A stretch of 42,806 nucleotides of DNA. Origin: Octopus bimaculoides (Eukaryota). The stretch is taken from NCBI RefSeq assembly GCF_001194135.2, contig NC_069003.1, forward strand, positions 13,620,494-13,663,299, given 5' to 3'. Position 1 is the stretch's first letter, and the number at the start of each line of letters is the position of its first letter. A program made the translations under genes and the position numbers. Positions 24,201 to 35,430 of this stretch are shown one piece after another. The notes beneath the pieces were generated by a model. That model ran no database searches and had not been told where the DNA came from. It saw only the letters and a program-made list of their open reading frames with translations.

Positions 24201-24626
24201 GAACCATGCGACTGGAAAGCAAGCTTCTTAGACAAAATGTGCATCAAAACTTTATTAAAAAAAAAAAATACCATGGTAACAAAAAGGTCAAGATGACATT
24301 TGGAACATAATAAATGCTTCTGTCTATGCAATGAAATGAGTGAGTGAAAGTGAAAAGTAGTGTTAAGTGTGTGCATTGAGAATACTTTAAAATGACAACT
24401 GCACGTTTTAGGTCAGTGAAACTATCTAATGACATTTGGAGGAAGACGACAGACAAAACAGATTCAATACCAAACAGGAAATAAACAACACTACCGACAG
24501 TGTTTAGACTGAGAGGCCACACCTAAGGCAATTCAGATTTGACCATGTCAAAGACAATATGGTATAATTTGAGGGAAATATATATGACTGCTATTTCTAA
24601 CAGATCAAATGACAACTTGAGGCTCC

Positions 24627-24898
24627 AATTTTGGCTCGGTGGTGTTTAGCCCCAGGTTAGCCCTTACTGAGTAGAGTGATGTTGAAAAACCTTCCAGTTG
24701 TGACCATCTAGTCTTTTACTCCATAAGCACCTGTGTGACTGTGTGATCATGAAGCTTGCTTCCCAACTATGTGGCCTTAGGTTCAATCCCACTGCATGAT
24801 ACCCCGGGTAAGTGTCTTCTACAGCTCTAGGCTAATCAAAACCTTGTGAGTGGATTTGATATGGAAACTGAAAGAAGCTCGTCACACACACACATTAT
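24627..24898 (+). repeat. 272-bp local direct duplication (second copy 26021-26290)
   Basis: Composite of two repeat types with an identical junction; 9 substitutions plus a 2-bp (CA) indel. Confidence 0.9.
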
Positions 24899-26428
24899 GT
24901 AACAAGTTGTTTCCTTACTTAAGCTGTTAGAGTGTGATTGAAACCTTTAGCATTTAAAGCTCATGTTTGTTTATTCACACTGTTTTGAATTAATCATGCA
25001 TTATCTCATAGCTTTGAGATTTCAATGATGCGATTGTTTATTTTTAGAATGACATTGCAGAGTAGGCGTGAGAGGCCAGATATGGCTGGTTTGAACATAA
25101 AACAGGTAAAATATTTGAGCCTGATAAGGCTCATTTAAATGCCAAAGGGTTGAGTAATAGTTGGCTGCTAGTTATAGCAGGTACAGCAACCATGTAAAGG
25201 TTGGTGGTGTCTGCAGTTCTGTCATGAGACTTAGGAAGAGGTAATCCTTATATATGACCCTTTCTTGGAGCACAAATTGAAGGTCCATCTCTTACATCAG
25301 ACTAGTTTTTTTTCCAAATTGATTCTTACTGCTGCTTCCAACAAATTCTGATAACAATCCTTATTACAACACCACCAAACTAATTAGTTAAAAAGTAGAA
25401 GTGTTAAAACTGATCCTTCTTATTTATTTATTGCCCACAAGGGGCTAAACATAGAGGGGATCCTTCTGGTGGTGAAAGCACTCGTGGCAGGATCATATAA
25501 AAGCATCCAGCCATAGAAACCAGGCCAAATCAGATCGAGTCTGGTGCAGCCCTCTAGCATGCCAGCATGGACAACAGACATTAAATGATGATAAAAGCAA
25601 TTGTATTGGTAGAGTATAACATTCTTACAAAGTGAGGATGTGTGGGTAAGTATTTAGAGCAGTGGTTTCCAACCATGTTCTAATTACGACCTTCCGATTC
25701 CTATTTTAATCAGGTGGATCCCAGTTGGCATTCAATGTTTANNNNNNNNNNNNNNNNNNNNNNNNNNNNNNNNNNNNNNNNNNNNNNNNNNNNNNNNNNN
25801 NNNNNNNNNNNNNNNNNNNNNNNNNNNNNNNNNNNNNNNNNNNNNNNNNNNNNNNNNNNNNNNNNNNNNNNNNNNNNNNNNNNNNNNNNNNNNNNNNNNN
25901 NNNNNNNNNNNNNNNNNNNCATCTAACTGGCATCCCGTGCTGGGGGCTCATAAAAAGCATTCATTACACTCTTGAAGGGGTTGGTGTTAGGAAGGGTATC
26001 CAGCCATAGAAACCAGGCCAAATTTTGGCTCAGTGGTGTTTAGCCCCGGGTTAGCCCTTACTGAGTAGAGTGATGTTGAAAGACCTTCCAGTTGTGACCA
26101 TCTAGTCTTTTACTCCATAGGCACCTGTGTGACTGTGTGGTCATGAAGTTTGCTTCCCAACCATGTGGCCTTAGGTTCAATCCCACTGCATGATATCCCG
26201 GGTAAGCGTCTTCTACAGCTCTAGGCTAATCAAAACCTTGTGAGTGGATTTGATATGGAAACTGAAAGAAGCTCGTCACACACACATTATCTAAACTGAT
26301 GCAAAATGATGATGATTTTAACAGTGTAGGTTTGCCTCAGCACTCTCTGAGACATGTTTAGCTATGTAAAGCATTAGGGAAAGAAACCTAGCTATTTCTT
26401 GCAATAAATACAGCTAAAGAATCCTTAA

Positions 26429-26764
26429 CCCTTTAGCATTCAGATTACTCTGTCAAATGTAATGCTTATTTATTCATATTGTTTTAGCCATAGAAACTAA
26501 GCCAAATCAGACTGGAACATGGTGCAGCCCTCCAGCTTGCCAACTCTGGTCAAACCATCCAATCAATGTCAGCATGGAAAATGGATGTTAAAGGATGATG
26601 ATGATGAGGATGATTACCTTGTAGCTTCTAAATTTTGATGATGTAATTGTTTTACTTTAAGAATAGAAATTGAAGGTTAGGTGTGAAAGGCTAGATCCGG
26701 TCAGTTTGAACACAAAACAGGTGGAATATTTGGGCCAGATATGGCAGGTTTGAATGTTAAAGGG
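26429..26764 (+). mobile_element. piggyBac-like MITE with a nested RTE-tail insertion (about 26487-26615)
   Basis: TTAA at 26425-26428 and 26765-26768; body interrupted by a catagaaac...gatgatgatga segment. Confidence 0.75.
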
Positions 26765-27174
26765 TTAAAATACTACTGTAGATCCCTCATTTACTATTTT
26801 GCTTGTGTGGACCCTCAAAAATCTTATATGGACCTCCCTGCCTGGGTTCAGAGGGACCTTGGCCTAGTATTTAGTGTGTGGGACTCAATTGTATGCTTGT
26901 AGTCTTGATCCTTGGACTGAGAATTATATTGTGTCCTTGAGTAAAGCATTTCATTTATTGCTACTCCAGTTCACTTGGCTGATAATGAGTTCGACCAGCA
27001 GCAGCAATAGCTGGAGTTAACTTTGTGATGGACTGCTATTCCATCCTATAGGTGCAGGAATGATTGTGTATTGAGAAGTTTGCTTTCCAACCATGTGACT
27101 TCAAGTTCAGTCCCAACGTGTGGCAAGAGTGAATCTGGTAGATGGAAACTGAAAGAAGCCCTTTATTTGTGTCA

Positions 27175-27565
27175 TCATCATTATCGTAGTTTAACATCTG
27201 CTTTCCATGCTGGCATGGGTTAGACAGTTTGACTGAGGGCAGGCAAGCCAGGAGGCTGCATCAGGCTCCAATCTAATCTGGCATGGTTTTTACAGCTGGA
27301 TGCACTTCTTAATGTCAACTCTGAGAGTTATCCTTTGATATTGCTGCACCTCTTATGTGTCCATAGTTACGCTGGGTACATCTTATGGAGTTTCTACCTA
27401 CACCTTTCCTACAGAGGGGATTTGTGGTTTGTCTGCCTTCCTACTTACTAAGACTTTGGTTTTTACCAGATTGACTCCAAGGCCCTTTGATTCTAGACCG
27501 TGCTTCCACATTTCTCTAGATCTGGTAGTGATTCAGCTATTAGAGCAAGGTCATCAGCATAGAGG
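27175..27565 (-). mobile_element. Internally deleted RTE LINE: RT fragment fused to the 3' tail
   Basis: YADDLALIAESLPDLEK...KGLGVNLVKTKVLVSRK...CRKGVGRNSIRCTQ (27565-27330) is joined directly to the gcatccagctgt...(gat)n tail. Confidence 0.8.
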
Positions 27566-28879
27566 CAGCCTTGTCTTCTACTATAGCTTGAGGTTATAGT
27601 AAAAGACACTTGCACAAGTTGCCACATAGTGGAACTGAACCCGGACCATGTGGTTGGGAAGTGAGCTTCTTACCACATACCTACGCCTGGCTGCTATTTC
27701 TAGCAGGGCATACAACTACTTCCCAACATTCTATATAACATGGAGCCTTAGAATCTGTTTGATTAATTTTCTCACCTAACAAGTAATATCACATATGAAG
27801 ACAAAATAATCCATTTTCTAATAATCAGTTATTTTAAAAATTCAACCACAAACAGATGCAGGCATGGCTGTGTAGTAAGAAGTTTGCTTCCAGACCACAT
27901 GGTTTTGAGTTCAGTCCCACTATGTAACACCTTGGGCCAACGAAAGCCTTTTGAATGGATTTGGTTGAAAGAAACTGAAAGAAATCCATTGTGAATGTCT
28001 GCCTCCAATTGCTTGACAAATAAGGTTTGCTTATGCCTCATAACTTTGTAGTTCGAAAGAGAAAAAGTACTAGATTAAAAAAAACAAAAAACAATAAGGG
28101 TAGGGTTGATTTATGAAACTAAAACTCTTTGAAGTGATGCCCCATTATGATCCAGTCCAATGAATAAATAAAACTGAAAGATAAAAGATAGTTCTGTGGA
28201 ATAATTAAGGGTAATTTCCTATTTTATGCTTGTAAAATCATAGTAATCCAAAAAGTTTAGTTTATTTCAATAAAACATTTGATGATGATTTCATAATTAT
28301 AACTGAACAAGGAGTAAAAAGTGAGGAAAAATCTTATTTTGAATAGAGTTTTGCCAAATGAACTTATGGAGATAGTTTGGGAAGTGCACATTGTTTGTTC
28401 CAAATTGGTGGCAAATTTTCTGTTTTGTATGCATCCATAAATTTGAGTGTGAGGATCCAAAATTTCTGCTTGTGAACAACAACAGAATGAGTATAAATGC
28501 CATTTGCCCACTGGTAAATATTGTTGTAGGAGCACCTGCCATTGCTAACGATATGGGTGCTGGGCAAAACCCACTGAAGTGTGATTGTGCCAAAGCAAAA
28601 TGTTCTCACTGCAGTCCAGATCTTCGATGAGAAAACACTTTCTAGATTGTCTTTCCATGCCACCAAAAAATCCAGTGACTTTCTCACCACTGAACCTTCT
28701 TGAGAATTCACTCATCCACCTCCATGGTAATTAGGCTTGTCATTATTGTAAATCCCTTCAATCTACTGAGAATTGTCTTCTAAGCACGTTTCACACAACT
28801 CATGGCAGAAATTGCACCAATCAACACAAGTATTCTTGCTGCGCTGAACCTTACAAGAAATGTCTTTCTTGAGAGAAGT

Positions 28880-29205
28880 TATAGGCTCAGCAATATGACA
28901 GAAGAATGAAAGGACCGAGATACCTGGTGCCTTGCTTAACTCAAGAAGAGCCACACCCCACAGTAGAAGTGTTATGGCCACTCCTTCTGGTGAAGAGGAT
29001 TGGCTTGCAAGAGTCCTGTGTTGGTACCACATAGAAGTGTGCGTGCAATGCCATGTAAAAGCACCCAGCATGCATTGTAAAGTGGTTGGCATTAGGAAGG
29101 GCATCCAGCTGTAGAAACTGTGCCAAATCAGACGGAAGCCTGGTGCAGCTCTCCAGCTCTGGTCAAGCTGTTCAACCCATGGACAATGGATGTTAAATGA
29201 TGATT
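28880..29205 (+). mobile_element. 5'-truncated RTE LINE 3' end
   Basis: NMTEE*KDRDTW remnant plus a 3' UTR homologous to 42150-42435. Confidence 0.7.
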
Positions 29206-29906
29206 AAATGGCTATTTTCAAACCAACTCCTTTGATGAATGCTTGCTTTGTTTTTGCATGTATTGCAGAACCACATACTACCATTGTTAATGTTTCCTCT
29301 ATAAGTCTACACTGCATGTTGGGCACATGTAAAAATTCTTTAACAATCCATGGAGGACCCATCAAGCAATACAAGTCGCTGAATCCAACAAAGATTGAGC
29401 CAGTATCGTAATTGTATGCTTTTCATTGATTATCTGCTGGTCTGTAAGTATTTTGTTGGGATTCACAATAAAACAAAGAACTAATTGAGCTGAAATTGAA
29501 AGTGAAACTAGAACAAACTCGATTTTATGAACATCAATTATGAAATTACCTGATAAAATTTTTGATATGCTTAAAAGAACAAAGTTATTTTTAAGTTAGG
29601 TAATACTTTCTGAAAAGTGGCTTTAAAATAAAATGTGCACACGTGCATGCCTGTGCACACAGACACATACTTTTGCTCTTTCTTGCACCTCCAGCTGTTC
29701 GAACAGTGGGCTAAGGTAGAGAACCATGACAGATGCATTTTAGTTGGTTCCTACCAAAAGTATATAACTGTGACATAGAATTTTATCCCAGAAACATAAT
29801 GTGTACAAATAAATAGTCATTTTATAAATATAAAAAAAGCTGTGGAGACTACACAAATTATCCATGTATGTATAGCCTGTATAAGTAGTGTGTGTGTGTG
29901 TGTGTG

Positions 29907-29946
<40 letters not shown>

Positions 29947-31014
29947 TAATGGGTCAATAATACCGTATACTTTGATTAATATACTCACTCTGACAAATAT
30001 ACAAGCAGATATTTTTTCCGATTCTTCGACACACGAGATAGAATTCTCTAGTTTAAGCACCCCATATAATCCCTCATAACTTTATTTTGGGGGAATTTTC
30101 AGGAAATTTTTGTTCTACACACGGGAATTCATACGATTATGCAAAAAATGTTTATAATTTTTTTAACCGCACCCCCACATAAATCCCAAAAGTTCCACTC
30201 TGTTTCGAATTTTAAAAAATCATACAGGGTTACACAGCCGAAATATGGAGTACTTATAAANNNNNNNNNNNNNNNNNNNNNNNNNNNNNNNNNNNNNNNN
30301 NNNNNNNNNNNNNNNNNNNNNNNNNNNNNNNNNNNNNNNNNNNNNNNNNNNNNNNNNNNNNNNNNNNNNNNNNNNNNNNNNNNNNNNNNNNNNNNNNNNN
30401 NNNNNNNNNNNNNNNNNNNNNNNNNNNNNNNNNNNNNNNNNNNNNNNNNNNNNNNNNNNNNNNNNNNNNNNNNNNNNNNNNNNNNNNNNNNNNNNNNNNN
30501 NNNNNNNNTATATATATATATAGGGGAACATATAGGACACCATTTTTTTTTTCAGATTTATTTCTACAAACAAAATAATGTGATTTGATGGATTTAAACA
30601 CTTAATTCAGCATTAGTCGACACGATTTGTGCAGTTTTGAATGATGTGAGCCGTATGGACGTCGAACTAACGAGAAGTGTTCACACATAGATAGAAAGGA
30701 ATAATGTGGAGTACCTCTTTATTTTGGAGGTGTCTGTGAATATAGCTAATTAAATTAATAATGGTAATAAGAGTAGAAGTAAGATGAATATCCAGCTTGG
30801 ATCCTGGCGTTTCTGTTTCTAATCTCAACAGGAACTTCATGTCAAAGAAAGAACGGCACGGCATGGCATTACATAAATGTACACCAATGTACAATAATCG
30901 ATGTATTTACCGAGCAGAAGAAGTGTCGTAGGGGATAAAACGTGTCTACAGCAGCAGTGAAAGGCAAGATAGAAATTGATTAAGGAAGTTAAAGAGATAT
31001 AAAAGCCGTCTTAC

Positions 31015-31017
31015 CAT
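31015..31017 (-). CDS. EIF3I: eIF3 subunit I, coding exon 1 (ATG only)
   Basis: Minus strand reads ctccaacATG|GTAAGA, a strong donor right after the ATG. Splicing to the phase-0 acceptor at 19384 gives [12 protein letters not shown], the canonical eIF3I N-terminus. It lies in a CpG-rich promoter-like region. Confidence 0.8.
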
Positions 31018-31060
31018 GTTGGAGATGTCGCAGAAAATGCGGCGATTGATGAGAAGCACG

Positions 31061-31082
31061 AGAGAGGAAGAGTGCGCATGTG
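31061..31082 (-). promoter_or_regulatory. eIF3I TCT/5'TOP-like initiator with adjacent TGCGCATG (NRF1-like) motif
   Basis: Minus strand CTCTTCCTCTCT (31072-31061) begins about 55 nt upstream of the ATG; tgcgcatgtg at 31073-31082; CpG enrichment across about 30640-31320. Confidence 0.55.
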
Positions 31083-31152
31083 CTGATACCGGTGTATGTA
31101 CTTTATACTACCTCTATGTCATAATATCCGGCAGACGTGAGAGATTGTAACG

Positions 31153-31191
<39 letters not shown>

Positions 31192-32949
31192 CATAATGTG
31201 TGTATATATGTATGTATGTATGTGTGCACGTTTGTGTAATGTATTCTAAATTCGACTGCGTGATAATTAACTCACCACTACGCATTCCGGATGTGGCGGA
31301 GTAGCCTAAACCTGATTTCATATGCTGTTGCTGCATGGCTAAAATATGATAAATAAATAAATATTTTGAGGGGACAGAAGTGGATAAGATCTTGAAAATT
31401 ACCTTCCAGTTACAAACTATGGGCATATCGAAATCGATTTCACCCTAGTCTTCACTCCACCAACGCTTATACCATCTCCACCAATCTGCTTACAATCAAT
31501 AATCTAATCACGATTTCAAATGACCGGGTGGTAATATAAAGCGAGAGTAATTTAAAATTCTTTACGCCGGTCTAACGCTAAGTGGAGTAAGTCTTGTTTG
31601 ACTCATCTCATTTATTTAATTGAAAAATATTAAAAAAACACTAATTGTTGCAATAAATACGAAGAAAGGTTATTTTTCCTTAATTAGTCTTTAAGAAGTA
31701 TTTTAGATGATCTTTGAATGTAGTCTTATACATTTACTGTCTTAAACAATAACCGGAATCATCATAGTCCGTTTGGTGGTGGTGGTCGCGGAAGAATTTT
31801 TTTCCTTTGTCATTGTGCTGCGGTCAACGTGTTTGACATAAAGGAATGTATGTTTGTGGTCTTAAGGTGGGATTAGATGATTGTTTCAGATGGTTTGGAA
31901 TTTTCTTTTATTCATTTTCCCCCGTTTATTTGTTTCAGTGATTGGACTGCGGCCATGCTGGAGTACCATAACCCGATGTTAGTTTATTTATGCACCCCTC
32001 CCCATAACTTAGAGGTTAGACATTAGAGAAGGATAAAATGAATAGCAGGCTTGAACAAGATATAAGTACTGGAGTCAATTTGTTTTACTAAAACTCTTCA
32101 AGGTGATACTCCAGCATGGTCGCCGTCCACTGACTGAAGTCAAAGAATGCATTATATGATATGCATTATTAGTTTTGGGTATGTGAGTATTTTGAAAATG
32201 TCTCACACAGTGACGACTGCCCTGCATACTTACGGGTTGCCCTTTGGCAAGGTATAGCACCCATTCAGCCCAGCCACCCTGTCAAGGATACGGCAAAGTC
32301 ATGGGACTGCAGCATGATGGATTGTGGAGAGGCAGCAGAAGAGCTCAACTGAGCCAGCAATGCTTCTTACATTGATGCTGAGCAGAAGAATTCTAGAAGA
32401 TCACCACCATCCTCCCTTATTAATGGAGAACACAAAATTGCATCTACATATTTCTTCTTTCTTTGCCATGGTGTTTTATTTTTCTTGATCTCCAGGACTC
32501 ATAAGACCAGTTACCTGGTTTCTATTGAGTAAAAGTAACTGAGATTACAGCATTCCACTGACTAGAATGCTTGTCCATTGCAGGGTTCAAGGGCTGTCAT
32601 TTTGAGGGTAGGGGACAAGTTGATTATATTGATCTCAATACATAACTGGTAATACTTAATTTTTTGGACCCTAAAGGGATGAAAAGCAAAGCTGACCTTG
32701 GCAGGATTTGAACTCAGAATGTAAAGAGCTGGAAGAAATGCTACTAAGCCTTTTGTCTGACATGCTAATGATTCTGCTAGTCTGCTGCCTTTACAAACTT
32801 GCCAACTTTCTTTATGATGTTTGACAGATTCAAAACCATCTCAGTTTTTATTGAACATCACAAGTTGTCTGCCCCTTTTCAGTCCTCAAAAGCTCCAGGC
32901 CATTCATAGAAGGACCTGCCTGTGCCCTTGGAGAAACAATGCATTAGAT

Positions 32950-33515
32950 CAGCGGTTTCCAACCTGGGGTCCGCAAAGGTAGTATTGGGGGGTCTGTGAA
33001 CTAAATTCAAAATTTCATGCATATATATATATATATATCATCATCATCATCATCATTTCATGCTAGCATGGGTTGGACGATTCGACTGAGGACTGGTGAA
33101 ACCAGATGGCTACACCAGGCTCCAATCTGATTTGGCAGAGTTTCTACAGCTGGATGCCCTTCTTAACGCCAACCACTCAGAGAGTGTCGTGGGTGCTTTT
33201 ACGTGCCACCAGCACGAAGGCCAGTTTGGCGGTACTGGCAACGGCCACGGTCAAAATGGTGTATTTTATGTGCCACCCATACAAGAACCAGTCCAGGGGC
33301 ACTGGCAACGATCTCGCTCGAAAAACCTTACACATGTCACGGGCACAAGTGCCAAAAAGGCGACGCTGGGCACAGGTGTCATCCCGATTTCGCTTTCGCT
33401 TACCCCAAAAAGTCACACACACACACATAAGGATAAACATATTAAAAGGGGTCTGTGGGAAAACTCATTTAAATAAAAGGGTTGGGAATCACTGTGAAAA
33501 GGTTGGGAACCACTG
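32950..33515. mobile_element. hAT (Charlie-like) MITE with 8-bp TSD and nested RTE-tail insertion
   Basis: TIRs CAGCGGTTTCCAACCT / AGGTTGGGAACCACTG; TSD cattagat / ccttagat (7/8); nested insert about 33037-33390. Confidence 0.85.
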
Positions 33516-33527
33516 CCTTAGATAATG

Positions 33528-33903
33528 AAGTCCTGGTGGCACTCCGTCAGTTGCGACGACGAGGGTTGCAGTTGATCCAATCAATGGAACAGCCTACTTG
33601 TGAAATTACCATGCAAGTGGCTGAGCACTCCACAGACACATGTACCCTTAATGTAGTTCTCGGGGATATTCAGCGTGACACAGTGTGACAAGGCTGACCC
33701 TTTGAATTACAGGCACAACAGAAGCAGGAAGTAAGAGTGAGAGAAAGTTGTGGTGGAAGAGTACAGCAGGGTTCGCCACCATCCCCTGCCGGAGCCTCGT
33801 GGCGCTTTAGGTGCTTTCACTCAATAAACACTCACAAAACCCAGTCTGGGAATCGAAACCACGATCCTACAACCGCGGGTCTGCTGCCCTAACCACTGGG
33901 CCA
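33528..33903 (-). mobile_element. tRNA-derived SINE (family C), inverted copy
   Basis: Reverse-complement match to 36549-36940 along its length. Confidence 0.85.
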
Positions 33904-34260
33904 AAGGAAGTCCTAATCNNNNNNNNNNNNNNNNNNNNNNNNNNNNNNNNNNNNNNNNNNNNNNNNNNNNNNNNNNNNNNNNNNNNNNNNNNNNNNNNNN
34001 NNNNNNNNNNNNNNNNNNNNNNNNNNNNNNNNNNNNNNNNNNNNNNNNNNNNNNNNNNNNNNNNNNNNNNNNNNNNNNNNNNNNNNNNNNNNNNNNNNNN
34101 NNNNNNNNNNNNNNNNNNNNNNNNNNNNNNNNNNNNNNNNNNNNNNNNNNNNNNNNNNNNNNNNNNNNNNNNNNNNNNNNNNNNNNNNNNNNNNNNNNNN
34201 NNNNNNNNNNNNNNNNNNNNNNNNNNNNNNNNNNNNNNNNNNNNNNNNNNNNNNNNNNNN

Positions 34261-34308
<48 letters not shown>

Positions 34309-34529
34309 GTAAGTTACAATATATGGATTCAAGTAATCCAGTAGTACACATAAAAAAAGACTCCTTAATGTATCATTGTACAAACGATATAGAATATATA
34401 GTAATATACAAGAGAAAAGGATAAGGAGTGTATAAAGTTATAAATGACGGAGTAATAGTATGATGAAAATTTATTTAACAATAAAATTCAAATATCACGA
34501 CAAATTGTTTTGTAACTTAAAACATGTAA

Positions 34530-34816
34530 AGATATATAAGGACCTTGAGATTGAGATGTCTAGAACATGGCAATTAAGAATAAAATCTATCCCTGTTGTT
34601 GTAGGTGCCCTAGGAAATGATCAAGAAAAGTAGTGATAAATTTTTTGACCAGATCCCTAGGAAACCAACAGTCTATGAGACTCAAAAAGATTGTACTGAC
34701 ATCAACCACCCACATTCTCAGGAAGTTTCTCTCCATCTAATACATACATGCCTTAAGTCTCTGTCACAGTCAGAAGATGAAATAAAATGCAAATCAATTG
34801 GAAAATAATAATAATG

Positions 34817-34859
<43 letters not shown>
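34530..34859 (+). mobile_element. R4/Dong-like non-LTR retrotransposon 3' end (restriction-like endonuclease) with (TAA)n tail
   Basis: YKDLEIEMSRTWQLRIKSIPVVVGALG/MIKK...QK/IVLTSTTHILRKFLSI* (2 frameshifts) has the KYxDL...PVVVGALG REL pattern; (TAA)n at 34804-34859. Confidence 0.75.
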
Positions 34860-34861
<2 letters not shown>

Positions 34862-35430
34862 GCCCGGATGCAGTACCAGGCGGTGGCTCTCATGGCTTCT
34901 GATCTTAATTGATTGGAAGTGTTATCATGTACATTGTTTTGTCTTGGTATAAAAGATGGTCGACAGCAAATATTCTGCTTAATACTACAGATTTGCTTGT
35001 CAGCTGTTTGACCTTAACCAGTTGAGCATGTCCCTTGATGGCTGACGATATGTGCATCTCTGATCATGAGCAGAAGTAGTGGGGGAGAATCATAGACGTG
35101 TGTTGAGAAGAATTCTTTGGGGTTTGAATAATTCACCTTTGGAAACATAGGTGTTTTGCTCAACATCCTTAAACAAACCTTATTCAGAGACCTTTTGAGC
35201 GGGATGGGCTACTCGACCTGAAGAAAATTCTAACTGGGCCCCACCAGCGAGGTCATGTGCTGTTTATCTTGATATGAGATCACCATGTTGTACACATATG
35301 GTTGTGATGCATGTGCCTGGTGTACCCTTATCAGACGGGTAGTCATGATGGGTATAATGGGCTTCGTATATTTGTACCCCAGTATCACTTTGATGGCATG
35401 CACTGCTCTCTCACTCAATAATAGTAATAA
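34860..35430 (+). mobile_element. About 560-bp interspersed repeat flanked by (TAA)n on both sides
   Basis: An inverted, internally deleted homolog lies at 7851-8140; TAA tracts at both ends. Confidence 0.75.

Noticed and set aside
28699-28760. Sirtuin-like IHLHGN..CxxC motif
   Set aside because: In-frame stop, no other Sir2 motifs, and a short chance match.
29205-29410. Retroviral protease-like DTGS on the minus strand
   Set aside because: No hydrophobic pre-motif or flap glycine, and no gag/RT context; probably the antisense of the plus frame.
33096-33525. Overlapping 75-139 aa ORFs
   Set aside because: They lie in a GC-richer RTE 3' UTR nested in a hAT MITE and have no protein motifs.
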